32,000 nucleotides of DNA, from NCBI RefSeq assembly GCF_000025685.1, contig NC_013967.1, positions 1,170,001 to 1,202,000 on the forward strand, given 5' to 3'. The stretch comes from Haloferax volcanii DS2 (GTDB lineage Archaea > Halobacteriota > Halobacteria > Halobacteriales > Haloferacaceae). The notes beneath the pieces are model-generated. The model worked only from the letters and a program-made list of their open reading frames with translations. It had not been told where the DNA came from and did no database searches. Shown one piece after another: positions 14,666-23,285 of this stretch. Made by a program: the position numbers and the translations under genes. Position 1 is the stretch's first letter. Every line of letters starts with the position of its first letter.

Positions 14666-16432
14666 CTACTCGCCGTCGGCTTCTTCTTCGACGAACGACG
14701 CCTCGATAGCCGCGACCGTCTCCCGAAGTTCGTCGTCGCCCAAGAGGTCCGCGTACTCGTCGCTCACGAGGTCCGGCAGCGCGTACTCGTATTTCCCGCG
14801 GCCGGCGTGTCTGATGAATCCCGCCCGACGAAGCGACCGGTTTCGTCCGTAAGCGAGGTGCTGGTCGCCGGTCTCGCCCGCGGCGACGTGGGCCGCCAAC
14901 GGGTCGGAGACGCCGCGCTCGCGGTAGTGCGCGAGCATCCCGTGGTGGGCGTCGCCCAGCGCGTCGATGATGGCCGTCATGCGGTCGACGACATCGCGGC
15001 GGCTCTCCGCGCCCGGCGCGGGATGGAGTTCGGCCGGTTGGAAGTCGCCCATCTCGGCGTCCGCCAGCCACGACTCGTCGCCGGCCGATGGGGCCGCCTC
15101 GCTCGCCGCGCCCGCGCCGCTCGGCCCGCCCGTGCCGTCGGCCGCCGCCTCGTCGCGCTCGGAGAGCAGTCCGTGAGTCGGCCACGGCGGTCCGGAGGGC
15201 GCTTCGAGTTGTCGGGGTGGCGCGTCCGCGTCTGCGGCCCCGTCGTCGCCGGAACCGGCGTCGGCAGCCGCGTCCGCCACGTCGCCGTCGGCACTTCCGT
15301 CGTACTCGCCGAGGGCGGCCTGCTTGTCGGCGGGGCGGTTGAGGTTGCGACCGTCGCCGCCGCGGTAGGGCGCTTCGGCCTTCTGGAACATCGCCTGCGC
15401 GAACTGGTCGGCCATCCGCGAGAGGTCCCGCGCCTCCTCTAACTCCCGTTCGAGCTGTCGAATCCGCGCGTCCTTCTTGTCGATTTCCTGTCTGAGGTCT
15501 GCGATGCGGCTCTCCTGTCTCGCCTTCTCGTCGGAAATCTCCTTGAGGTCCGACACGAGGTCGCCGTCGACGGACTTCAGGTCGGGGCGCTCGAAGTCGT
15601 CGAGGCCGGGGGTCGCGCCCGCGTCGAACGTCTCTTTCTTGTGGAACTGCACGCGCCGAATCGACTCGGACCAGTCGGTGACGAGGAAGCCCTCGCCGTT
15701 ACCCATGTCCTCGATGGCGTCGGCGTACTCCGAGCCGAGGATGCGCCCGACGACCTTGGTGTCGTTGCGCCACGTGAGGCGGTGCCAGACGAGCCAGTCG
15801 CACTGGGTGATGAAGTCCTTTTTCACGTCGGCGGGGCGCTGGGAGATGCCGACGACGCCGAGGCCGTGTTTGCGGCCGCGCTTTCCGATTTTGATGAGCA
15901 TCTTGCCCGCCTCGTCCATCCCGCCCTTCTCGGGGATGTACTCGTGGCACTCCTCGATGAGCATCAAAAACGGTTTCTTGAGCTTCTTTTCCTTCGCGAA
16001 GAGGTGTTTTGCGACCTCCGTCACCAGTTCGTCGGAGGCCGCGTCGTCGAGGTAGCCGGACACGTCGAGGATGATGGGCACGTTCTGTTCGAGCGCGAGC
16101 GTGGCGAGTCGCTCGGCGTGTTCGGGACTCACCTGGATATCGCACTCGTCGTCGGCCCCGGCGTGGAGCAGTTCGAACTCCTGTTTGAGGCCGTAGTACT
16201 CGCCGTCGGTGTCGACGATGAGCACCGGGAAGTTCGCCGACAGCAGGTTCTCGATGATGACCGACGCCGTGTTCGACTTGCCCGACCCCGACTTGCCCGT
16301 GACGAACCCCCGGCCGGTGAGGATGTCGACCACAGGCAGGTCGACCGTCGTCCCCGGTTCTTCGGTTCCCTCTCCCCCTGGACCGTCGCTGATCTCGGCG
16401 ACTGAGATGGTTTCCGTGTCCGAATCCGTCAT
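14666..16432 (-). CDS. HerA/VirB4-like (DUF87/AAA_10-type) P-loop ATPase fused to a coiled coil, an acidic disordered linker and a C-terminal winged-helix-like domain
   Basis: Walker A VTGKSGSGKSNT, IVDTDGEYYGL, Walker B PFLMLIEECHEY, VVGISQRPADV. Heptad-like segment KEISDEKARQESRIADLRQEIDKKDARIRQLERELEEARD. An Ala/Asp/Gly-rich linker of about 110 aa. C-terminal LRRAGFIRHAGRGKYEYAL resembles a wHTH wing. Confidence 0.8.
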   Translation of the reverse strand: MTDSDTETISVAEISDGPGGEGTEEPGTTVDLPVVDILTGRGFVTGKSGSGKSNTASVIIENLLSANFPVLIVDTDGEYYGLKQEFELLHAGADDECDIQVSPEHAERLATLALEQNVPIILDVSGYLDDAASDELVTEVAKHLFAKEKKLKKPFLMLIEECHEYIPEKGGMDEAGKMLIKIGKRGRKHGLGVVGISQRPADVKKDFITQCDWLVWHRLTWRNDTKVVGRILGSEYADAIEDMGNGEGFLVTDWSESIRRVQFHKKETFDAGATPGLDDFERPDLKSVDGDLVSDLKEISDEKARQESRIADLRQEIDKKDARIRQLERELEEARDLSRMADQFAQAMFQKAEAPYRGGDGRNLNRPADKQAALGEYDGSADGDVADAAADAGSGDDGAADADAPPRQLEAPSGPPWPTHGLLSERDEAAADGTGGPSGAGAASEAAPSAGDESWLADAEMGDFQPAELHPAPGAESRRDVVDRMTAIIDALGDAHHGMLAHYRERGVSDPLAAHVAAGETGDQHLAYGRNRSLRRAGFIRHAGRGKYEYALPDLVSDEYADLLGDDELRETVAAIEASFVEEEADGE

Positions 16433-16495
16433 CCGGTTTGGTGGACTCCCTCGGACGCCATAGTTCCTCCCCCTCGCCCCGTCGGTCCCGCGGAG

Positions 16496-17788
16496 TCAGT
16501 CGAACTCGACGAGCGACGACTGGCCGCCCCGCGAGGGGGCCTCGCCGCCGGTGTTCGGGGGCTCGTCGCTCACGCGCTCGTCGCCGTCGCCGCCCGTCTC
16601 GCCCGCCTCCGCGGACTCCCAGCCGTCGAGGCTCGACTGGTCGGCGTCCGCGAAGGAGAGCTTCGAGACGCGGACGCCGAGCTTTCGGACGGTCGTCTCC
16701 GCGAACTCGGCGTCGAGCAGGTCGAGCGCGACCGACTCGACGAGTTCGGGGTCGTCGACGGGCCCGGAAAGCGACGTGGCTCGCGTGTTGATGTCGAACG
16801 GCGGGACGACCACCTTGATGCCGATGGTCCGGTACATCGCCCCGCGAGAGCGCGCGCGGTCGGCCACGTCGGCCGCGAGGGCGCGGACGACCTCCCGTTT
16901 GTCTTTGATGTCGTCCGTCGGGTCGGTGAACGCCGACTCCCGCGAGAGGCTCTTGGGCCGGCCCGTCGGCGTGACCGCCCGGTCGTCGTAGCCGCGCGCC
17001 CGCTCGTGGAGTTCGCGGCCGCGGGAGCCGAACTCGGCTTCGAGGACCGCGGCGTCGGCGTCGGCGAGATCGCCCGCCGTCTCGATACCGAGCGACCCGA
17101 GCTTTCGGGCCGTCACGGGGCCGACGCCGTGGACCTCCTCGACCGAGATGGGCGCGAGAAACGACCGCACCTCGCCGGGGCGGACGACGACCAGCCCGTC
17201 GGGTTTGTCGAAGTCGGAGGCGATTTTCGCGGTCGACATGTTCGGCGCGACGCCGATGGAGGCCGCGACGCCGACCTCGCGGGCGATGCGCTGTTTCACG
17301 TAGCGGGCGAAGCCCTCCGCCAGCGTCCGGTCGCCCGAGGCCGCGAGGTCCCACGCGGTCCGGTCGGTCACGTCGAGGTAGGCCTCGTCGATGCTCACCT
17401 CGCGGACCACGTCGGCGCAGTCGTGGAGAATCGCCTTCACGTCGGCGGCGACGCTCTTGTAGAATTCGAGGTCGACGGTGCGGTAGTGGCCCGCCGCCGC
17501 GGGGTCGTCGCCGGGCCCGAGGTCGTCGATGCGCGGGAGGCGTTCGAGCGCCGTCGAAATCGGCTGGGCGCTGTCGACGCCGAACTCGCGGGCCTCGTAG
17601 CTCGCGGTGGCGACCGCGCCGTGGCCCTCGCCGGGCTCGTAGCCCATGCCGACGACCACCGGCTCGCCTTCGAGTTCGGGTTCGCGCAGGCGCTCGCAGG
17701 CGGCGTAAAAGCAGTCCATGTCGACGTGAAGGACGATGCTGTCGGGACCGTCGTCGTCGGCCGTGCCCGGCAGCGTCTCCTCCACCAT
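16496..17788 (-). CDS. dinB: Y-family DNA polymerase IV (DinB/Dbh-type translesion polymerase)
   Basis: Catalytic motif VLHVDMDCFYAACE, SIDEAYLDVT, an HhH region (VHGVGPVTARKL) and the little-finger region. 430 aa. Confidence 0.9.
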   Translation of the reverse strand: MVEETLPGTADDDGPDSIVLHVDMDCFYAACERLREPELEGEPVVVGMGYEPGEGHGAVATASYEAREFGVDSAQPISTALERLPRIDDLGPGDDPAAAGHYRTVDLEFYKSVAADVKAILHDCADVVREVSIDEAYLDVTDRTAWDLAASGDRTLAEGFARYVKQRIAREVGVAASIGVAPNMSTAKIASDFDKPDGLVVVRPGEVRSFLAPISVEEVHGVGPVTARKLGSLGIETAGDLADADAAVLEAEFGSRGRELHERARGYDDRAVTPTGRPKSLSRESAFTDPTDDIKDKREVVRALAADVADRARSRGAMYRTIGIKVVVPPFDINTRATSLSGPVDDPELVESVALDLLDAEFAETTVRKLGVRVSKLSFADADQSSLDGWESAEAGETGGDGDERVSDEPPNTGGEAPSRGGQSSLVEFD

Positions 17789-17907
17789 GGTCGAGTGGAC
17801 GGGCGCGACGCACCTGAAGCTTCAGATAGCGCGGCGAACGTAACGCGGGAGGGAACGGGCGCGGCGAGTCGGTCGCGGTCGTCGGCTTCTCGGCCGAGCC
17901 GGGCGCG

Positions 17908-18336
17908 TTACTTCAGTCGCTCTTGGAGGAACGAGGGGTGTGCGGCCGTGACGCCGTCGATAGACAGAATCTCGTCGGAGATGACGTCGCCGAGGGAGTC
18001 GCCGTCGACGGCGCGGACCTCGGCCATCAGCATATGGTCGCCGGAAGAGGTGTAGAGCGCCTCCACCGAGTCGAGTTCCTTGAGGATGCGCGTGACCTCG
18101 ACGTAGCGCTCGCTGGTCGCGTCGATGCCGACCATGGCGATGGACTGTCCGGCGAGTTTCTTCGGGTCGATGTCGGCGGAGTAGCCGATGATGACGCCGT
18201 CGTCTTCGAGTTTGCGGATGTACTTCCGAACCGTCGGCTTCGACACGTCCGCCCGGTCTGCAATCTGGGCGTACGACGCTTTCGCGTCTTCCTCCAAGAC
18301 CGCGAGGATGCGTCCCTCCGTGGACGTGGTTTCCAT
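17908..18336 (-). CDS. Lrp/AsnC family transcriptional regulator
   Basis: 142 aa with an N-terminal HTH (ILAVLEEDAKASYAQIADRADVSKPTVRKYIRKLEDDGVI) and a C-terminal RAM/AsnC ligand domain. Confidence 0.9.
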   Translation of the reverse strand: METTSTEGRILAVLEEDAKASYAQIADRADVSKPTVRKYIRKLEDDGVIIGYSADIDPKKLAGQSIAMVGIDATSERYVEVTRILKELDSVEALYTSSGDHMLMAEVRAVDGDSLGDVISDEILSIDGVTAAHPSFLQERLK

Positions 18337-18453
18337 GCCCGTTGGTTTTCCTACGGGAGAAAAATATCTTGCGAATCCGAAAAGGGTTCTCGGTCACATC
18401 GAACCGGCGCGGCTATCGGCCGAAAACCGAGCGCCGAGACGGCGTCGGCGGCG

Positions 18454-19392
18454 TTACTTGTGCTTGTCGAGGAAGTTGTCGAACGTCCGCTCCCACTCGT
18501 AGGAGTCGTCGAAGTAGCGCTCCGCGAGCGGCTCTTCGGGCATCTCGCCGATGCGCTGTTTCTCCTGCTGGTAGGACGGGCGGTCTTCGTCGACGTAGTA
18601 CCGGCCGGTGAGGACGGTGCCCTCGTGGAGGGCGTTTTCCGTCTCGAACATCATCTCGGAGGCCTCCGAGCGGTTCGTGTTGTCGAACTCGTAGTCGTCG
18701 GAGTCGTTGATGTCGATGTACGGGACGTACTGACGGGCGTCCTTGTTCCACGTCGGACACTGCGTGAGGAAGTCGACGTGGGAGAAGCCGTCGTGCTGGA
18801 TGGCTTCCACGATGATGTCCTTCGCCTGGTTCGGGTTGACGGCCGCGGTCCGCGCGACGTACGACGCCCCGGCGTTCAGGGACATCGAAAGCGGGCGCAG
18901 CGGCGTCTTGGCCGAGCCGTGGGGTTGGGTCTTCGACTTGTGACCCATCGGCGAGGTGGGCGAGGTCTGGCCCTTCGTGAGGCCGAAGATCTCGTTGTTG
19001 AACACGATGTAGGTGATGTCGTGGTTCTCACGAGCGGTGTGCATGAAGTGGTTGCCACCGATGCCGTAGCCGTCGCCGTCGCCGCCGGCGGCGACCACGG
19101 TCAGACCGGGGTTCGCCAGCTTCGCGGCGCGGGCGATGGGCAGCGAGCGACCGTGGATGGTGTGGAACCCGTAGCTGTTGAAGTAGCTGTTGAGCTTGCC
19201 GGAACAGCCGATACCGGTCGTCACCATCATCTCGTCGGGCGAGAGGCCGAGTTCGGCCGCCGCGCCCTTGAGCGCCTTGAGGACACCGAAGTCACCGCAG
19301 CCCGGACACCACGTCGGCTGGGGTTCGAGTCCGGGGGTGAACTCGTTTTGGTCCTGCTCCGTTTCTTCACCGATTGCGCTGAATGCACTCAT
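18454..19392 (-). CDS. porB: 2-oxoacid:ferredoxin oxidoreductase beta subunit (TPP-binding); probably pyruvate:ferredoxin oxidoreductase
   Basis: CPGCGDFG and the TPP motif GGDGDGYGIGGNH. The 312-aa size and pairing with a 631-aa alpha subunit match my memory of haloarchaeal PorAB rather than KorAB. Substrate is not provable from sequence alone. Confidence 0.85.
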   Translation of the reverse strand: MSAFSAIGEETEQDQNEFTPGLEPQPTWCPGCGDFGVLKALKGAAAELGLSPDEMMVTTGIGCSGKLNSYFNSYGFHTIHGRSLPIARAAKLANPGLTVVAAGGDGDGYGIGGNHFMHTARENHDITYIVFNNEIFGLTKGQTSPTSPMGHKSKTQPHGSAKTPLRPLSMSLNAGASYVARTAAVNPNQAKDIIVEAIQHDGFSHVDFLTQCPTWNKDARQYVPYIDINDSDDYEFDNTNRSEASEMMFETENALHEGTVLTGRYYVDEDRPSYQQEKQRIGEMPEEPLAERYFDDSYEWERTFDNFLDKHK

Positions 19393-19395
19393 GAT

Positions 19396-21291
19396 TTATT
19401 CACCCACCTTGGGGACGAACTTCGTGCGGTTGTCTGGGAGCTCCTCGCCTTCGAGGAGCGCCGTCTCGAAGCCCTCGATGATGTCGGCGGGCTCGAACGG
19501 GTTGCCGTTGTACTTGAGGAGACTCGACATCTGGTCGCCGTAGCCGCCGAGTTCCTTGGAGATGAGTCCGCGGAACTGGGCGGAGGCGGTCATCTCGACG
19601 ACGAGCGCCTCGTCGACGCTGTCGAGGAAGTCCGCGACCTCCTGTTTCGGGAACGGCATCATCTCGGAGACGCCGAGGACCTTGACCGAGTGGCCCTTCT
19701 CGTTGAGAACGTCGGCGGCCTCTTCGACGGTGCCCTGCTGGCTGCCGAAGGTGATGAGGCCGAGGTCGGCGTCTTCGTCGCCGTGGACCGTGTTGAACTC
19801 GCCGTCGGCGTCGAGTTCGGCGCGGATGTTGTCGACCTTCTGCATGCGGCGGTTCATCTGCGCGACGCGGTTCTCGGGGGACTCCGAGATGTGACCCGCG
19901 GGCATGTGCTCGTTACCCGTTGCGAGGTAGCGACCGCCCTTCTGGCCCGGCAGCGACCGCGGCGAGACGCCGTTTTCGGTGTCGTGCTGGAAGCGCTGGT
20001 ACTTGCCGGAGTCGTCGTGCGGCGCGTCTTCGAGTTCCGCTTCCGTCAGGACCGAGCCGAGGTCGGCGTTCGGCTCCTCGTCGAAGACCGACGCCGGGAC
20101 GTTCGAGAGCTCGCCGCCGAGCTTCTGGTCGTAGAGGACGATGGACGGAATCTGGTACTCGTAGGCGATCTGGAACGCCTTGCGCGTCTGGTAGTACGCC
20201 TCGGCGGCGTTGCCGGGCGCGAAGACGATGCGGTGGGAGTCGCCCTGCGAGGTGTACAGAACGTGTTCGAGGTCGGACTGCTCGGGCTTCGTCGGCATCC
20301 CCGTCGAGGGGCCGGCGCGCATGGCCTCGACGAGCACGAGCGGCGTCTCGGTGATTTCCGCGAGACCGAGCGGCTCGGACATGAGCGAGAAGCCGCCACC
20401 GGACGACCCGGACATCGCCTTGACGCCCGCGTGAGAGGCACCGATTGCCAGCGCGGCCGCGGCGATTTCGTCCTCCACCTGCTCGGAGATGCCGCCGAGC
20501 TCGGGGAGGTTCTGGGTCATGATGGTGAAGACTTCCGTCCACGGGGTCATCGGGTAGCCCGCGATGAAGCGGCAGCCTTCGTCGATGGCACCGTACGCGA
20601 TGGCGTCGGAGCCGGAGAGAAGCACCTGCTCTTCGTCGTGTTCGCCGGTCGGCGCGGACACGTCGGGAGCCTCGACGTCGTACTCCTCTTGGACCATCCC
20701 GTAGGCGTCGTCGAAGACGGTCAGGTTGGGTTCGAGAATCTTGTCGGGCATCGCGTCCGACATCAGGCTCTTGATGACGTCGGGTTCGATGCCGGCGATG
20801 GCGCACGTAACGGCGACACCGGCGGTGTTGCGCATGACCTCGCGACCGTGCTCGCGGGCGATGGTGCGCAGGTCGATGTCGTAGACGTGCCAGTCGTTCT
20901 CTTCGACGCGCTCGTCGAAGTCCTCGATTTCGGAGGCGTCGAGCAGGCCGGAGTCGTAGACGATGACGCCGCCTTCGTCGAGTTCGTCGAGGTTCTCCGA
21001 CAGCGGCTTGATCTCCTCGTTGCCGTAGTAGGCACCCTCGCTCGGGTTGCGGGCGAAGGAGTCACCGAGCGCGAGGAGGAAGTTGTACCCGTCGCCGCGG
21101 GACTTGACGGGGTCGGCGCTGACGCGCACTTCCGTGTACGTGTGGCCACCGCGGATGCGCGACGGATAGTGTCGATGCGTGAAAACGTGTAGCCCCGCTC
21201 GCATCAGGGCTTTGGCGAAGTTCTGGCTCGTCGAGGCGATACCGTCACCGGAACCCCCTGCGATACGCCAGATAAGTTCGTGGTCAGTCAT
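19396..21291 (-). CDS. porA: 2-oxoacid:ferredoxin oxidoreductase alpha subunit (fused gamma-alpha type); probably pyruvate:ferredoxin oxidoreductase
   Basis: 631 aa, 3 nt upstream of the beta subunit gene. N-terminus IWRIAGGSGDGIASTSQNFAKA and the domain order typical of two-subunit archaeal OFORs. Confidence 0.85.
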   Translation of the reverse strand: MTDHELIWRIAGGSGDGIASTSQNFAKALMRAGLHVFTHRHYPSRIRGGHTYTEVRVSADPVKSRGDGYNFLLALGDSFARNPSEGAYYGNEEIKPLSENLDELDEGGVIVYDSGLLDASEIEDFDERVEENDWHVYDIDLRTIAREHGREVMRNTAGVAVTCAIAGIEPDVIKSLMSDAMPDKILEPNLTVFDDAYGMVQEEYDVEAPDVSAPTGEHDEEQVLLSGSDAIAYGAIDEGCRFIAGYPMTPWTEVFTIMTQNLPELGGISEQVEDEIAAAALAIGASHAGVKAMSGSSGGGFSLMSEPLGLAEITETPLVLVEAMRAGPSTGMPTKPEQSDLEHVLYTSQGDSHRIVFAPGNAAEAYYQTRKAFQIAYEYQIPSIVLYDQKLGGELSNVPASVFDEEPNADLGSVLTEAELEDAPHDDSGKYQRFQHDTENGVSPRSLPGQKGGRYLATGNEHMPAGHISESPENRVAQMNRRMQKVDNIRAELDADGEFNTVHGDEDADLGLITFGSQQGTVEEAADVLNEKGHSVKVLGVSEMMPFPKQEVADFLDSVDEALVVEMTASAQFRGLISKELGGYGDQMSSLLKYNGNPFEPADIIEGFETALLEGEELPDNRTKFVPKVGE

Positions 21292-21490
21292 ATGTTGAGC
21301 TCACGGCCCCGCTGGGGCGCTACCTGAAAAGTTGGGGAGGGTCCGATTAAAGACTTTGCTATGGATTAACAAGTAAAGATAATGAAGGTCTTAATATTGT
21401 TAAACTGACTCACTCTCCCACCGTCGAAAGTGGACGAACGGACTGTCACGCCCGCGGAATAGAGTGAACGATAACTCGGAATCGGGTTCG

Positions 21491-22648
21491 CTACTCGTTG
21501 TCGGGACTCGACGGGTGGTACGGGGTGTCGTACTCGCCGGCCCGCCCGTCGAGGCGGTCGGGGTTGATGCGTCCGCCGAGGAGCATGAAGTCGAGGACGG
21601 TCACGTAGAGCATCGCCTCGACGACGGGGACGCCGCGGGGCGGGAGCACGGGGTCGTGCCGGCCGACGACCTGAATCTCCTTTTCCTCGCCGGTCTCCCA
21701 GTCGACGGTCCGCTGTTTCTTCGGGATGGACGTGGGCGCGTGGAGCGTCAGTTCGCCGTACACCGGCTCGCCGGTGGTGATGCCGCCCTGGATGCCACCG
21801 TGGTTGTTGCCGACGGGTCGGGGGTCGCCCTCCTCGTCGAACTCCCAGTTCTCGTTGCGGTCGTGGCCGGTCCACTCGCGGGCCTCGCGGCCGAGGCCGA
21901 ACTCGAACGCCGTCGCCGCCGGCACCGACATGAGCGCCTGTCCGAGCCGCGCGGAAAAGGAGTCGAACCGCGGCGCGCCGAGGCCGCGCGGGACGCCCTG
22001 CGCCTCGAAGTAAATCGAGCCGCCGATGGAGTCGCCTTCCTTCTGGTACTCCTCGATGAGCTCCTGCATCTCCGCCGCCGTCTCGGGGTGCGCGCAGCGA
22101 ACGTCGTTTTCCTCCGTGTGCTCGCGCATCTCGTCGAACGACACCTCGGGCGCTTCCACGTCGCCGATTTGGTTGACGTGCGCCTTGATTTCGATGTCGT
22201 GGTCGCTCTGCTCGATGACCTGCTTGGCCACCGCGCCGGCGGCGACCCAGTTCACCGTCTCGCGCGCCGAGGAGCGCCCGCCGCCGCCCCAGTTGCGCGT
22301 GCCGAACTTCGCCGAGTACGTGAAGTCGCCGTGGGAGGGCCGCGGCGCGGTCACGTACGGCTCGTACTTGCCCGAGCGGGCGTCCTTGTTCTGGACGACC
22401 ATCCCGATGGGCGTACCCGTCGTGTAGCCGTCCTGCACGCCGGAGTTGACGACGACGGCGTCCGGTTCGCCGCGGCTCGTCGTAATCATCGACTGGCCGG
22501 GTTTCCGCCGGTCCAGTTCCGCCTGTACGTCTTCGACCGACAGCTCCACGCCGGCGGGACAGCCGGATATCGTGACGCCCATCGCGTCGCCGTGGCTCTC
22601 GCCGTAGGTGGTCATCCGAAAGAGACGACCGAATTCGTTGCCGTTCAT
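21491..22648 (-). CDS. aroC: Chorismate synthase
   Basis: MNGNEFGRLFRMTTYGESHGDAMGVTISGCPAG..., GRHDP and the other family signatures. 385 aa. Confidence 0.95.
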   Translation of the reverse strand: MNGNEFGRLFRMTTYGESHGDAMGVTISGCPAGVELSVEDVQAELDRRKPGQSMITTSRGEPDAVVVNSGVQDGYTTGTPIGMVVQNKDARSGKYEPYVTAPRPSHGDFTYSAKFGTRNWGGGGRSSARETVNWVAAGAVAKQVIEQSDHDIEIKAHVNQIGDVEAPEVSFDEMREHTEENDVRCAHPETAAEMQELIEEYQKEGDSIGGSIYFEAQGVPRGLGAPRFDSFSARLGQALMSVPAATAFEFGLGREAREWTGHDRNENWEFDEEGDPRPVGNNHGGIQGGITTGEPVYGELTLHAPTSIPKKQRTVDWETGEEKEIQVVGRHDPVLPPRGVPVVEAMLYVTVLDFMLLGGRINPDRLDGRAGEYDTPYHPSSPDNE

Positions 22649-22754
22649 TACCCGCCCCTCGGGTGGCCGCCCATTTAGTGTTTGTAGAAAGGTGCAATCG
22701 TGGGCGGGGGTTCGGCGCCCCCACGTTCATGCTCGACGCGGACGAACCGAGCGT

Positions 22755-23285
22755 ATGGATTCACCGCCCTCCACCGACCCCGCCGCCTCCGCTCTCGACT
22801 CCGACCCCGCCGCCGCGTCTCCTTCCGCTTCCGGCCTCCGCGACCGCTTCGAAGCGGCGTTCTGGGAGCGCCACGCCAGCCCGTGGAGCGCCGGCACGCG
22901 CATCCTCGTCTACCCGGTGTTGATGTACGCCGTCTACCGCCGGGACCGCCGGCTCTTTCTCGCCGCCGTCGCCTTCATCGCAGTCAACCCGGTGTTGTTT
23001 CCGCGGCCCGCGCGCACCGACAACTACCTCAGCCGAATCGTCCTCGCAGAGCGCGCGTGGCTCGACGCCGGGCGGGGGACGATGGGGCTCGACTACCCGA
23101 ACGTGCTCAACCTGCTCAACGTCCCGGTCACGCTCTACGCCGTCGTCTCGGCCATACGGCGCAGGCCGGTCGGCACGCTCCTCGGCACGCTCGGCGTGAT
23201 GGTCCTCAAACTCTGGTGGGTCGACGCCGTCGTGAAGGAGACGGGCGTGACGGGCCGCGGCCCCGACGCCGACTCAGCGGAGTGA
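22755..23285 (+). CDS. Membrane protein of unknown function (about 3-4 TM segments with a disordered acidic N-terminus)
   Basis: I prefer ATG 22755 (MDSPPSTDP...) because the upstream part of the tracked ORF 22608..23285 is Arg-rich and junk-like. Hydrophobic segments: ILVYPVLMYAVY, LFLAAVAFIAVNPVLF, VTLYAVVSAI, LLGTLGVMVLKLWWV. Confidence 0.6.
   Translation: MDSPPSTDPAASALDSDPAAASPSASGLRDRFEAAFWERHASPWSAGTRILVYPVLMYAVYRRDRRLFLAAVAFIAVNPVLFPRPARTDNYLSRIVLAERAWLDAGRGTMGLDYPNVLNLLNVPVTLYAVVSAIRRRPVGTLLGTLGVMVLKLWWVDAVVKETGVTGRGPDADSAE

Noticed and set aside
15699-17813. 704-aa minus-strand ORF, together with similar Arg/Pro/Gly-rich ORFs (822..1895, 5519..6817, 7460..9199, 9333..10184, 22700..23794, 28034..29482, 28099..29373 and others)
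   Set aside because: These are off-frame translations of real genes on the same or opposite strand. They have extreme Arg/Pro/Gly content, no acidic haloarchaeal signature, poor third-position G/C bias relative to the overlapping annotated frame, and no recognisable domains.
17923-21192. 1089-aa plus-strand ORF, the longest in the window
   Set aside because: It lies entirely antisense to the Lrp, porB and porA genes, which have unmistakable family motifs. Its product is a monotonous Val/Gly/Arg/Asp/Ala/Glu-rich sequence with no motifs. Long stop-free antisense frames are expected in DNA this GC-rich.
22667-22707. Inverted repeat CCGCCCA(27 nt)TGGGCGG flanking the AT-rich core between aroC and the divergent membrane-protein gene
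   Set aside because: A 7-bp GC-rich repeat is not unlikely by chance in DNA this GC-rich. The AT-rich centre is adequately explained as a bidirectional TATA region, so it is not strong enough to report as a regulatory finding.
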